Assembly (NCBI GenBank): GCA_046293555.1
Contig: JBKBOT010000008.1
Location: 24,750 to 57,396, forward strand
Direction of reading: 5' to 3'
Source: Pyrobaculum sp.
GTDB lineage: Archaea; Thermoproteota; Thermoprotei; Thermoproteales; Thermoproteaceae
DNA length: 32,647 nt
This document shows, one piece after another, positions 9,469-17,197 of the stretch. A model generated the notes under the pieces. That model was not told the DNA's origin, did no database searches, and was given only the letters and a program-made list of their open reading frames with translations. Positions within the stretch are counted from its first letter, which is position 1; each line of letters opens with the position of its first letter. A program made the translations under genes and the position numbers.

Positions 9469-10187
9469 GGCCTACCTAGATATATCTCTACCACCTTTGG
9501 GTCGTTTAGCGCCACCTCTGGGGGGCCCTCAACCACCTTCCTCCCCTGGTGCATAACTAACACCCTGTGTGCCAACTTCACCACAGCTCGCATCCTGTGT
9601 TCAACTAGCGCAAGGGCGGCGATTCCCCTCTCTTCAGCCACACGTCTTATTAGCTCCGCCGTTCTATCTATCTCAGAGGGGCTAAGCCCCGCCATCACCT
9701 CGTCAAGTAGTAACAACCTGGGCCGGCCGGCTAGCGCCCTGGCTAGCTCTAAAAGCCGCAGCTCGCTGAAGGTAAGCCGCCCCGCCAGCTGCTCCCGTTT
9801 TTCCCAAAGCCCCACATATCTAAGCGCCTCCTCTGCAGCCTCCCTGGCCTTATGTATGTCATATCCGCCGCCAAAGATCGCCCCGGTCATCACGTTTTCC
9901 AGAACTGTGGAGTCTGGAAACGGCCTGGGCACTTGAAACGCCCGGGAGATGCCCAGCCTGGCGCGGACGTAGGGAGGCAGCTTGGTGACGTCTCTCCCCT
10001 CAAAGATCACCCTGCCCTCTTCCGGCTTGTAGACGCCGTTGATTATGTTCAGTAATGTGGTCTTGCCGGAGCCGTTTGGCCCCACTATGGCCATCACCTC
10101 GCCTTTTTCAAGAGTGAGAGAAATGCCGTCTACCGCCTTGAGGCCGCCGAATCTCTTCACCACGCTGTCTACTGCCAACAGGGTCAT
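9453..10187 (-). CDS. livG: Branched-chain amino acid ABC transporter ATP-binding protein (LivG-like)
   Basis: KRFGGLKAVD, GPNGSGKTT, LLLDEVMAGL and VEH. ATG 10187 overlaps the upstream stop (alternative start 10196). Confidence 0.92.
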   Translation of the reverse strand: MTLLAVDSVVKRFGGLKAVDGISLTLEKGEVMAIVGPNGSGKTTLLNIINGVYKPEEGRVIFEGRDVTKLPPYVRARLGISRAFQVPRPFPDSTVLENVMTGAIFGGGYDIHKAREAAEEALRYVGLWEKREQLAGRLTFSELRLLELARALAGRPRLLLLDEVMAGLSPSEIDRTAELIRRVAEERGIAALALVEHRMRAVVKLAHRVLVMHQGRKVVEGPPEVALNDPKVVEIYLGRPWRLH

Positions 10188-11149
10188 GGGAGCCACTGCC
10201 GCAGCTTTGGTGGGAGGTGCAGCCTCAAGGTCCCCACAACCCCCCTTGGGAGTAAAATCACCACAGCCATTAGCAACAACGCGGTGACAAACAGCTGGTA
10301 GCCCGGGAGGAGCTCGTTCACAAAAGTTCTCACAAGTATATATATGGCGCCTCCGACTATAGGCCCCGTCACAGTGCCGGCGCCGCCTATAAACATCACC
10401 GCGAGCCCGTCGAGGATGTACTCCACAAAAAAGACGTTTTCTGGAAATACCTGTAGGTTGCCCAGCGGGTAGTATATAGCTCCCAGCAGGCCGGCTAGAG
10501 AGGCGCTGGTCATAAATGCCAGCAGTTTATACTTCGTGGGGTTTATCCCCATCACCTTGGCGGCGTCTTCATCCTGCCTAATTGCCGCAAGGGCGTAACC
10601 AGCCCTGCTTGACTGTATTAAATACATAGCCACCACCGCGAGAAGCCCCACGGCTATTACCAACACCGTAGATCCCACGTTGGCGAGCCAGAGCGCCGTC
10701 TCGCGGCCAAAGGCCTTAAAGGCGTATGTGCCTAAAATCAGCCCGGCGCCGCCGCCCCATATGTTTGCCCCAATTATGAGGTGTTTAATTCCCTCATTTA
10801 CCCCTATGGTGGCTATGGCGAAATAGGCCCCCCTAAGCCTTAGGGCAATTCCCCCCACCGCCGCCGCCAGCCCGGAGGCCATGACCACGCCGAGTGCTAA
10901 CCCCAGGGGGAGAGCCGCCATCCCCAGTTCTGGCCAGTAGTATAACAACACGCCGAGTCCATAAGCCCCAAGCCCCATAAACGCCACGTATCCAAAATCC
11001 ACATAGCCTGTAAGCCCCACGAAGATGTTCACCGCCTGGCCTAACGCCATGAAGAAAACTATGGTGGCAATTGTCTTCGCGTATTCTGGCATTAAAAACG
11101 CCGCCAGGGCTAGAGATAGATATATGGATAGAGGCAGCCAGGGCTTCAT
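10184..11149 (-). CDS. livM: Branched-chain amino acid ABC transporter permease (LivM-like)
   Basis: GLTGYVDFG, LRLRGAYFAIAT and AIRQDEDAAKVMGIN. Confidence 0.92.
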   Translation of the reverse strand: MKPWLPLSIYLSLALAAFLMPEYAKTIATIVFFMALGQAVNIFVGLTGYVDFGYVAFMGLGAYGLGVLLYYWPELGMAALPLGLALGVVMASGLAAAVGGIALRLRGAYFAIATIGVNEGIKHLIIGANIWGGGAGLILGTYAFKAFGRETALWLANVGSTVLVIAVGLLAVVAMYLIQSSRAGYALAAIRQDEDAAKVMGINPTKYKLLAFMTSASLAGLLGAIYYPLGNLQVFPENVFFVEYILDGLAVMFIGGAGTVTGPIVGGAIYILVRTFVNELLPGYQLFVTALLLMAVVILLPRGVVGTLRLHLPPKLRQWLP

Positions 11150-12036
11150 ATTCTCAACAAGCCGGTGGGCTTAAAGAGCAGGATGAGCAACAGGGCCAGA
11201 AAGGCTAGAAATATAGCCATCTGTGAGGGCTCTGCAGCGCCTAATGCAGAAAAGGCGTAAAACCCCACAGATTCAATCAAGCCAAATATCAGGCCGGCTA
11301 TATACGCCCCCATTATGGACCCCAGACCCCCCAACACGGCTATGACAAACCCGATCAAGGTGTAGGGCCCCCCCATGTAGGGGTTAATTCCCACAGGTAT
11401 GAACAGGGTGAGAAAAACCCCGCCCAAGGTGGTGATGGCAATGCCGAGGGCGGCGGCTATCGCATATACCCTATCTACGTTTATCCCCACCACCTGGGCC
11501 CCCACAGGCTCTTGTACCACAGCCCGTATGGCCTTACCCATGTACGTCCTCCTTAAGGCTAGGTCTAGGGCTAGGGCTATGGCCAGCGCGGCCACGGCGC
11601 CGGCGAGTTTTGTGTACTCCACCACAAGGCCCGCCACGGAGAAACTGCCGACACTCCACCTATAGCCCACAAAATCGGGCCCCCACAACAGCCTGGCGGC
11701 TTCTGAAAGTAGGAGAAATAGGGCAAACAACGCCACCAGTATGTTCAACTCGTTTCTTAGCCCCAGCGGCTTGACCACCGTGATGTATACCAAATAGCCC
11801 AAAGCAAAGCCGAGAAGCATGGCCACAGCCGCGGAGACAAAAGGCACGAGGCCCCACAGAGTAAAGGCGAAGTAGGCGACGTAGGCGCCCAGCATTATAA
11901 ACGCGCCGTGGGCTATATTGGCCACTCTCAACACGCCAAAAATCAAGCTGAGCCCCAAGACAGAAAGGCCGTACACAGAGCCCACAATGAGGCCAGAGAT
12001 GAAAAAGGGGAGGATTGAAAAAATGGGGGATTCCAT
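11146..12036 (-). CDS. livH: Branched-chain amino acid ABC transporter permease (LivH-like)
   Basis: GLSLIFGVLRVANIAHG, GKAIRAV, VLGGLGS and KPTGL. Confidence 0.92.
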   Translation of the reverse strand: MESPIFSILPFFISGLIVGSVYGLSVLGLSLIFGVLRVANIAHGAFIMLGAYVAYFAFTLWGLVPFVSAAVAMLLGFALGYLVYITVVKPLGLRNELNILVALFALFLLLSEAARLLWGPDFVGYRWSVGSFSVAGLVVEYTKLAGAVAALAIALALDLALRRTYMGKAIRAVVQEPVGAQVVGINVDRVYAIAAALGIAITTLGGVFLTLFIPVGINPYMGGPYTLIGFVIAVLGGLGSIMGAYIAGLIFGLIESVGFYAFSALGAAEPSQMAIFLAFLALLLILLFKPTGLLRI

Positions 12037-12039
12037 ATG

Positions 12040-13419
12040 TCAGCCGCAGGTCTTACCCGCCTCTTTTTCTTCCCAGGTTAGAGAGGGGTAGCGAGGCCTC
12101 CCGTCGGCCACCTCTGGAGGCCATATAGTTACCCTATTGCCGCCTTGCCACTGCGTGGCTACCATACTGTGGGCTATGTTCAACCTGGTGGCTGGGTCTA
12201 GCTTAAACTCGCTGAAAAACGTCATGAAGCGTGCCCTCTCCAGCTCGGCCAGCACCTTGCCGGCATCTACGTCAGCTGCCTTATATACGCCGTATAGGAT
12301 GGCCAACACGCCCTCGGCAGCCCACGCGGCGTGGTAGCCAGGCTCTACTTCCTTCCCGCCGAGCTCTTTAGCCACCTTCTTGAAGTACTCTGCAAACTCC
12401 TCTCTGGTGGGGCCAAACCACTCTACGCCTTTCTGTCTCGCAAGCTCTGGCGTATACCGTACCGCCGGCTCCCAGTGGGAGGGCCCCACCACACATTCGG
12501 CCAGGCTTTTTAACGTGGTGTAGAACTCAGGCACCAGCGGGGCTACAGACAGCGCGACAAGCTTGGCGTTGACCTTCTGTTCTGCAAGCTGTTGTACAGC
12601 CAGCTGGCCGTCTGCAAAATGAGACGCGACGACTATTACATCTGGGTTAGCTGCCTTCACCTTAAGTATCTGCGGCGTTAGGTCTTTTGGCGTCGCGGGG
12701 TAGACTTCATATACCACCACCTGTAGCCCTAGCTTCTCGGCGTATTTCTTGGCGCCTTCTGCCACCATTCTGTTAAACTCGCTGTCTCTATACAGGATAG
12801 CCACTGTCTTCACGCCGGGGTCCATGGCCTTGGCCATGTCTAGAACTGAGTCCATGTATTGACTAGCCACGGCGGCCACGCCGACTATGTACTTAAACCC
12901 CTGTTGAAATATGCGGTCAGAAGCGGCCCCCACCACGGCCATCAACACGCCGTATCTCTCAGCTATTGGCGACGCCCCTATGGCCAAGTCGGAGCCATAT
13001 GGGCTGAGGAGAAAGTGCACCCTGTCCCGGGTGACTAAAGACTCTGTCAGGCTTTGAGCTAGCTCGAGTTTAGACTCGCTGTCTTTATACAACAGCCTGA
13101 TCTTTACCTTCTTGCCTCCACAATCTAGCCCACCCCTGTCGTTAAACCAGTTTACCACAGCCAGGGCGCCCCAGAGGGAGTACTGACCCTCAGCGGCGTA
13201 ACGCCCAGAGATAGGCATGGCGGTGCCGATCACAATCTCGTCGGGACACTTAGATACAGGCGTCGGCGTTGGGGTTGGCGTTGTTGCAGTTGGCGTGGGG
13301 GTGGCGGTAGGCGTTGGCGTGGGGGTTTGTGTGGGTTTTGGGGCAGATATTTGCGTCAAGGCGGCGAGGGCAAGTATAATAACTGCTATGCCTATTATCA
13401 ATATAGTTTTTTGCGACAT
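12040..13419 (-). CDS. Branched-chain amino acid ABC transporter substrate-binding protein (LivK-like), membrane anchor plus Pro/Thr linker
   Basis: PISGRYAAEG, N..GG, LLSPYGS. ATG 13419 lies about 25 nt below the TTTAAA box (track start 13449). Confidence 0.9.
   Translation of the reverse strand: MSQKTILIIGIAVIILALAALTQISAPKPTQTPTPTPTATPTPTATTPTPTPTPVSKCPDEIVIGTAMPISGRYAAEGQYSLWGALAVVNWFNDRGGLDCGGKKVKIRLLYKDSESKLELAQSLTESLVTRDRVHFLLSPYGSDLAIGASPIAERYGVLMAVVGAASDRIFQQGFKYIVGVAAVASQYMDSVLDMAKAMDPGVKTVAILYRDSEFNRMVAEGAKKYAEKLGLQVVVYEVYPATPKDLTPQILKVKAANPDVIVVASHFADGQLAVQQLAEQKVNAKLVALSVAPLVPEFYTTLKSLAECVVGPSHWEPAVRYTPELARQKGVEWFGPTREEFAEYFKKVAKELGGKEVEPGYHAAWAAEGVLAILYGVYKAADVDAGKVLAELERARFMTFFSEFKLDPATRLNIAHSMVATQWQGGNRVTIWPPEVADGRPRYPSLTWEEKEAGKTCG
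13258..13335 (-). repeat. Low-complexity (Pro-Thr)n linker coding repeat
   Basis: PTQTPTPTPTATPTPTATTPTPTPTP between the anchor and the binding domain; degenerate 6-nt period. Confidence 0.85.
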
Positions 13420-13446
13420 AGCATATAGAACTTTCCGATTTTTAAA

Positions 13447-13470
13447 CATTATCTATAATTATAGATAATG
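13447..13470. promoter_or_regulatory. Perfect 24-bp palindrome CATTATCTATAATTATAGATAATG, candidate operator
   Basis: Equals its own reverse complement; abuts the TTTAAA box (13441-13446) of the liv operon in a divergent intergenic region. Confidence 0.65.
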
Positions 13471-13528
13471 ATATTGATTAGTTAACGACGGCTGGATATC
13501 TATATAAAGCCACTTTGGTGGAGGAGAT

Positions 13529-13855
13529 ATGGCAGTAATGGCCTACGTGCTTCTAGGAGCCGGCGTGGCGTTAATAGCCTTCGCCGTGGCTCACGCCATG
13601 TTGCTCTACTTTGCAGAAATACCCAAGTCCTCCATAACGGCGGTGTTGCCGATATTAGGCCAACAGACAGAGGTAAAGATAAAAGACGTCCCCGACCCCT
13701 ACTACGTGGGGACCGTCCTCGTGAGGGCCATGTTGTTACTAACCATAGGGGTTATAGGCGGCAAGCTTCTAGACACAGGGATCACACAGTGGAGAGAAAG
13801 TAGGAGGGAAAAGATGTGGCAGCACTACAATGCGTACCAACAGGAACAATATTGA
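13529..13855 (+). CDS. Hypothetical two-TM membrane protein
   Basis: 108-aa ORF, two hydrophobic segments, TATATAAA at 13501-13508 and GGAGG before the ATG. Confidence 0.75.
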   Translation: MAVMAYVLLGAGVALIAFAVAHAMLLYFAEIPKSSITAVLPILGQQTEVKIKDVPDPYYVGTVLVRAMLLLTIGVIGGKLLDTGITQWRESRREKMWQHYNAYQQEQY

Positions 13856-14144
13856 CGAGATAATTTTGCTATATTTCAGAAAGCTAGAAGAGAGGGGCCT
13901 AGAGGGGTGGATAGACAGAGTTTTCCCCACGGCGAAGATTTTTGAAAAAATAGAGGCTATAGCCGGCAGGTGGGGCTGGGAGGCAGTCGAGATGCTTGCA
14001 GAGGAGGTGGAGAGAGAGCTACATCCAGAAACTGCGGGGGAGGTTTTGGGGGTGCCTGCAGAAACCGCGGTGAGGATCCTGGCGAAAAAACTCGCCATGT
14101 GGTATCTCCAGCTGGCTAGAGAACTCGGCGTTGTGAAGTGGTGA
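13830..14144 (+). CDS. Hypothetical helical protein
   Basis: 104-aa ORF with thermophile-like E/R/K composition, overlapping both neighbours; start uncertain. Confidence 0.7.
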   Translation: MRTNRNNIDEIILLYFRKLEERGLEGWIDRVFPTAKIFEKIEAIAGRWGWEAVEMLAEEVERELHPETAGEVLGVPAETAVRILAKKLAMWYLQLARELGVVKW

Positions 14145-14851
14145 GCATAGCAAGAGCCGTGAATCTAGCATATGTGGGAGGCCCCCCCGTGGCGATATTT
14201 GCCGGATCGTGGCGGTGTGTTAAATCCCCCATTGACGGCACGCCGGTGGCGGTTGGAGAGCCTGTAGGCAATTGCGATGCCGATATCGCCCGCCTCATGT
14301 CTATCGCCACAACGGTAAGGCTGGTCAAGAGGCTGGGCGTCAAGGTGTTTGTCAGCACTGAGCTGGGGGAGGAGGGGGTAGACGCGGCGTATGCCGGCGG
14401 CGCCGACGGCCTGTTTGAAGAGCTGGCTGTCTCCCACGGCGGATATAGAGAGGGGGCTAGATACGTGCTGTTTGACGTCTCTACCGTCGAGGAGCTGGCA
14501 AACGCCGTCAGAAAGGTGGCCGAGTCCGCGGGGAGGCCTTTCGACATACTGGCAGCTGCAGATTTTGAGAAAGCCCCCCTTCTCGCCCCCCACGTCGACG
14601 GCCTCTTTCTAAAAGGCGGCTGGGTACATATAGAGGTGGCGGAGACGAGATTACTTCCAGAGATAGGCCGTTGTCTCCACTGCGGTGTTGACTACCTGAT
14701 GTATGGAAGCCAGATAAGGCGATGTATATACTGCGGCAGAAAGTTGGCAAGAGTAATCACAGAGACAAGGCCCCCGAGATCTAGGGCGGTCTTTAGGTCT
14801 GTATACAGGAAGTACCTGGGGGTAGAGAGGCTCCGCCTGAAGATTGTATAG
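14141..14851 (+). CDS. Divergent nicotinate phosphoribosyltransferase-like protein with C-terminal zinc ribbon
   Basis: SIATTVRLVK...AAYAGGADG resembles NAPRTase IAT.A.R...AYIGG.DG; CLHC...CIYC knuckle; GTGA overlap. CDS solid, family call tentative. Confidence 0.55.
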   Translation: MSIARAVNLAYVGGPPVAIFAGSWRCVKSPIDGTPVAVGEPVGNCDADIARLMSIATTVRLVKRLGVKVFVSTELGEEGVDAAYAGGADGLFEELAVSHGGYREGARYVLFDVSTVEELANAVRKVAESAGRPFDILAAADFEKAPLLAPHVDGLFLKGGWVHIEVAETRLLPEIGRCLHCGVDYLMYGSQIRRCIYCGRKLARVITETRPPRSRAVFRSVYRKYLGVERLRLKIV

Positions 14852-14914
14852 CCCCTCGAGTCTACACCCCGCCTCAAGCCGCCTCCTGCGGCCAGCCCCA
14901 CCGCAGACGAGAAG

Positions 14915-15026
14915 TGCCCCGGCCGGGATTTGAACCCGGGTCACGGGCTCGAAAGGCCCACATCCTTGACCTGGCTAGACTACCGGCTGGAGTAGCTCTC
15001 GCTACGGCTCCCCAGTCCGCCGGGGC
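14915..15026 (-). tRNA. tRNA-Glu(UUC) with a 37-nt non-canonical intron in the acceptor stem (14987-15023 if at 3/4)
   Basis: Removing 37 nt gives GCCCCGG-TAGTCTAGCCAGGTCAAGGATG-TGGGC-CTTTCGA-GCCCG-TGAC-CCGGG-TTCAAAT-CCCGG-CCGGGGC-A (75 nt, no encoded CCA). TTTAAAA box at -26..-20 from G1. Confidence 0.9.
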
Positions 15027-15047
15027 GTCTTCCATACTGTGGGGATT

Positions 15048-15317
15048 TTAAAAATTTTCGCATTGTAGCTGCAGGAGGCCTCTTGTGAGGGTTTGGTATA
15101 CAATACATCTCTCCTCCTCGCCGCTGCATCTCGCCCTGCAGACAATCTGACGGCCGTCTATACGGCACTCCATCTGGTAGGCCTCGCCGGTTTTGTCTAC
15201 ATACCGTATCCCAACGCCGTATGCCAGTGCCGCCAGCATGAGCTCCACCGGCCTTAGCCCCCCTATCTCTATACGCCTGCCGTCTATAGTTATCTCCCCT
15301 GGCGTTACTGTGATCAA
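15048..15317 (-). CDS. Small OsmC-like protein
   Basis: GLRPVELMLAALAYG resembles OsmC P.ELLLAAL..C; RCIVYQTL resembles C.V..TL. TTG 15317 overlaps the upstream TGA. Confidence 0.6.
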   Translation of the reverse strand: MITVTPGEITIDGRRIEIGGLRPVELMLAALAYGVGIRYVDKTGEAYQMECRIDGRQIVCRARCSGEEERCIVYQTLTRGLLQLQCENF

Positions 15318-16198
15318 TATATTGCCCCCCTTGTGCATACCACCGCACATGCGCCACAGCCTGTACACGTGGGCTGGATCTCCGGGTGTTTTGTAAACAC
15401 TATGGCTGGACACGCCGTCTTTAGGCAGTCGCCACATTTATCGCAAAGAGTGGGGTCTACCCGATACTGCCTCCTGTCGTAACTATAGCCCACCACGCCA
15501 CTTGTAAACAGCCTACATGGGTCCCCCCCCTCTTCTAGCACCACCACGTAGCCCCCCCTCTCCACCACCTGTGGCACCAGGGCGTCTCGCCTCTTGACAA
15601 TAGCCACCACGGGGCCCGCCTTGTAGCCCCCTATCAACACGCCTAGCGCCAAGGCGCTGGCCTTTAGGGGCGGCAAATAGACGTCTACCACCTCAGCCAC
15701 CTCTCTGGGCACGTGCCAGGTGGGTATAACCATATAGTCCGGCTGGACTGGCGACGTGGGCTGTAGCCTCACGTCTGAAATAACCACCGGCGCCAGGTCT
15801 GTGGTTTTTAACAACCTGTATATACAGGCCATCAGCGGCAGTAGGGGGTGCCCCACCCCCACCTCTTCCCCCCCGGCTGCCCAACGCCACGGCGACATGT
15901 AGTGCCTATTAAACGTGGCCACTCTTCTCCGCCTGACAGCTGGCGTCGGCCCCTCGTAGCCCACCGGCGTCGAGTATATCTCCGAGTGGTCTACCGCCTT
16001 CTCCAGCTCTTTAAAACAAGGCAGCCCGGGGGGGCATGGAGAAATGAGGAGAGCCCCCCAGACCGCCCTCCTGGCGGCTTCCAGCGCCTCCCCGCTGGGG
16101 CGTGTCTCCACTAGAGACTGCCTAAAGGCCATAGAGAGCCCCACCGCCACTGCCAGCCTCTCGTCCCCCTCGCCTATGTCTACTATAAATTCCACCAT
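15314..16198 (-). CDS. Shortened IorA-like protein with C-terminal 2[4Fe-4S] ferredoxin domain
   Basis: CDKCGDCLKTACPAI and CTGCGACAVVCTRGAI; N-terminal LAVAVGLSMA resembles IorA; only 294 aa. Confidence 0.7.
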   Translation of the reverse strand: MVEFIVDIGEGDERLAVAVGLSMAFRQSLVETRPSGEALEAARRAVWGALLISPCPPGLPCFKELEKAVDHSEIYSTPVGYEGPTPAVRRRRVATFNRHYMSPWRWAAGGEEVGVGHPLLPLMACIYRLLKTTDLAPVVISDVRLQPTSPVQPDYMVIPTWHVPREVAEVVDVYLPPLKASALALGVLIGGYKAGPVVAIVKRRDALVPQVVERGGYVVVLEEGGDPCRLFTSGVVGYSYDRRQYRVDPTLCDKCGDCLKTACPAIVFTKHPEIQPTCTGCGACAVVCTRGAIY

Positions 16199-16575
16199 CT
16201 GTCTACCAGCCTCTTAAGGGCCTCCCTCTCTGTGGGGAAGTATTCAAGCGGCTTGGGGCCATTTATCCCAACCCATAGGCATTTTTCCGAGAGGTATATC
16301 TCCCCCGTCTTGAGATTTAAGACGAGGGGGTACATCCTACACGCCAGGGGCTTCTTGTGGTGTATGGCACACCTCCCCCTGTAGAACGGACACCACCCCT
16401 TGATTACCCACCTGTAGAGCCCGGGCCTACCAAATGGCCTAAACTCCAGCTCTACCCCCCTCCTTCTGGCCTCTTCCCTCAATATCTTTACCTCTTCCTC
16501 AAGAACTACCGGCATGTCCTCTAAAGCTTCGAACTTACAGCAGTCGGCAGGGCAGGCCACTGGACATTGAAACAC
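16183..16575 (-). CDS. YkgJ/UPF0153 family cysteine-cluster protein
   Basis: FQCPVACPADCC...CPFY...CAIH..KPLACRMYP. Confidence 0.88.
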   Translation of the reverse strand: MFQCPVACPADCCKFEALEDMPVVLEEEVKILREEARRRGVELEFRPFGRPGLYRWVIKGWCPFYRGRCAIHHKKPLACRMYPLVLNLKTGEIYLSEKCLWVGINGPKPLEYFPTEREALKRLVDRWWNL

Positions 16576-16804
16576 AGCCCAAGAGAGTTATGGCTTTTAA
16601 ACCATTCCCCAACTTGTGTAAACAACACACTAGATGTTTTTATATCTAACTTGTTTTAAGCCCCCTAGGAGGTTTATATATATCATTATATTTAATGCCC
16701 TCTAAACAAAAGTTCTATAGATGTCAAACCCATTTCAAATATATAAAAAAGACTTTGTAAATTTATAAAATAATATTTAAATATAAGATGAAGTATTGAG
16801 GCAT

Positions 16805-16852
16805 ATGAAGAAAGAGAAGAAAGAGGAGAAGAAAGGAGAGAAGAAGAAGTAG
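16805..16852 (+). CDS. Candidate micro-ORF MKKEKKEEKKGEKKK (15 aa)
   Basis: ATG..TAG exactly bound a pure-purine tract; TTTAAATATA at 16776-16785 sits -29..-20 from the ATG. Confidence 0.35.
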   Translation: MKKEKKEEKKGEKKK

Positions 16853-16888
16853 GGCGTAGATTTTTAAAATCCCCCACTTTTTTCCCAC

Positions 16889-17197
16889 ATGGTTAAGGTC
16901 ATCGACGTGGGTAGGGTTGTGGTAAAGCTGTTGGGGAGGGAGGCGGGGAGGAAGGCGGTGGTGGTAGACATAGTAGATAACAACTACGTGGTGGTGACAG
17001 GTCCCAAACAGCTCACTGGGGTAAAACGCAGGCGGGTAAATATAAACCACATAGAGCCCACAGATAGGAGGGTAGAGATAAGACGGGGCGCTGCCGACGA
17101 CGAGGTGGCGAAGGCGCTCGAGGCCGCGGGCCTTGTGGAGTACATGCGTGAAAAGATAAGGCCCACCTTTGACGTGGCCAAGAAGGTGGTTAGGTGA
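16889..17197 (+). CDS. rpl14e: 50S ribosomal protein L14e
   Basis: [26 protein letters not shown] (KOW), [15 protein letters not shown]; TTTTTAAAA at 16861-16869. Confidence 0.95.
   Translation: MVKVIDVGRVVVKLLGREAGRKAVVVDIVDNNYVVVTGPKQLTGVKRRRVNINHIEPTDRRVEIRRGAADDEVAKALEAAGLVEYMREKIRPTFDVAKKVVR

Noticed and set aside
13217-13468. Val/Gly-repeat ORF on the plus strand
   Set aside because: It is the antisense reading of the Pro/Thr linker.
14852-14914. Hairpins downstream of the tRNA (CTGCGG/CCGCAG) as a separate ncRNA or attachment site
   Set aside because: Only 6-bp stems in GC-rich DNA; no duplicated tRNA 3' end and no integrase in the window.
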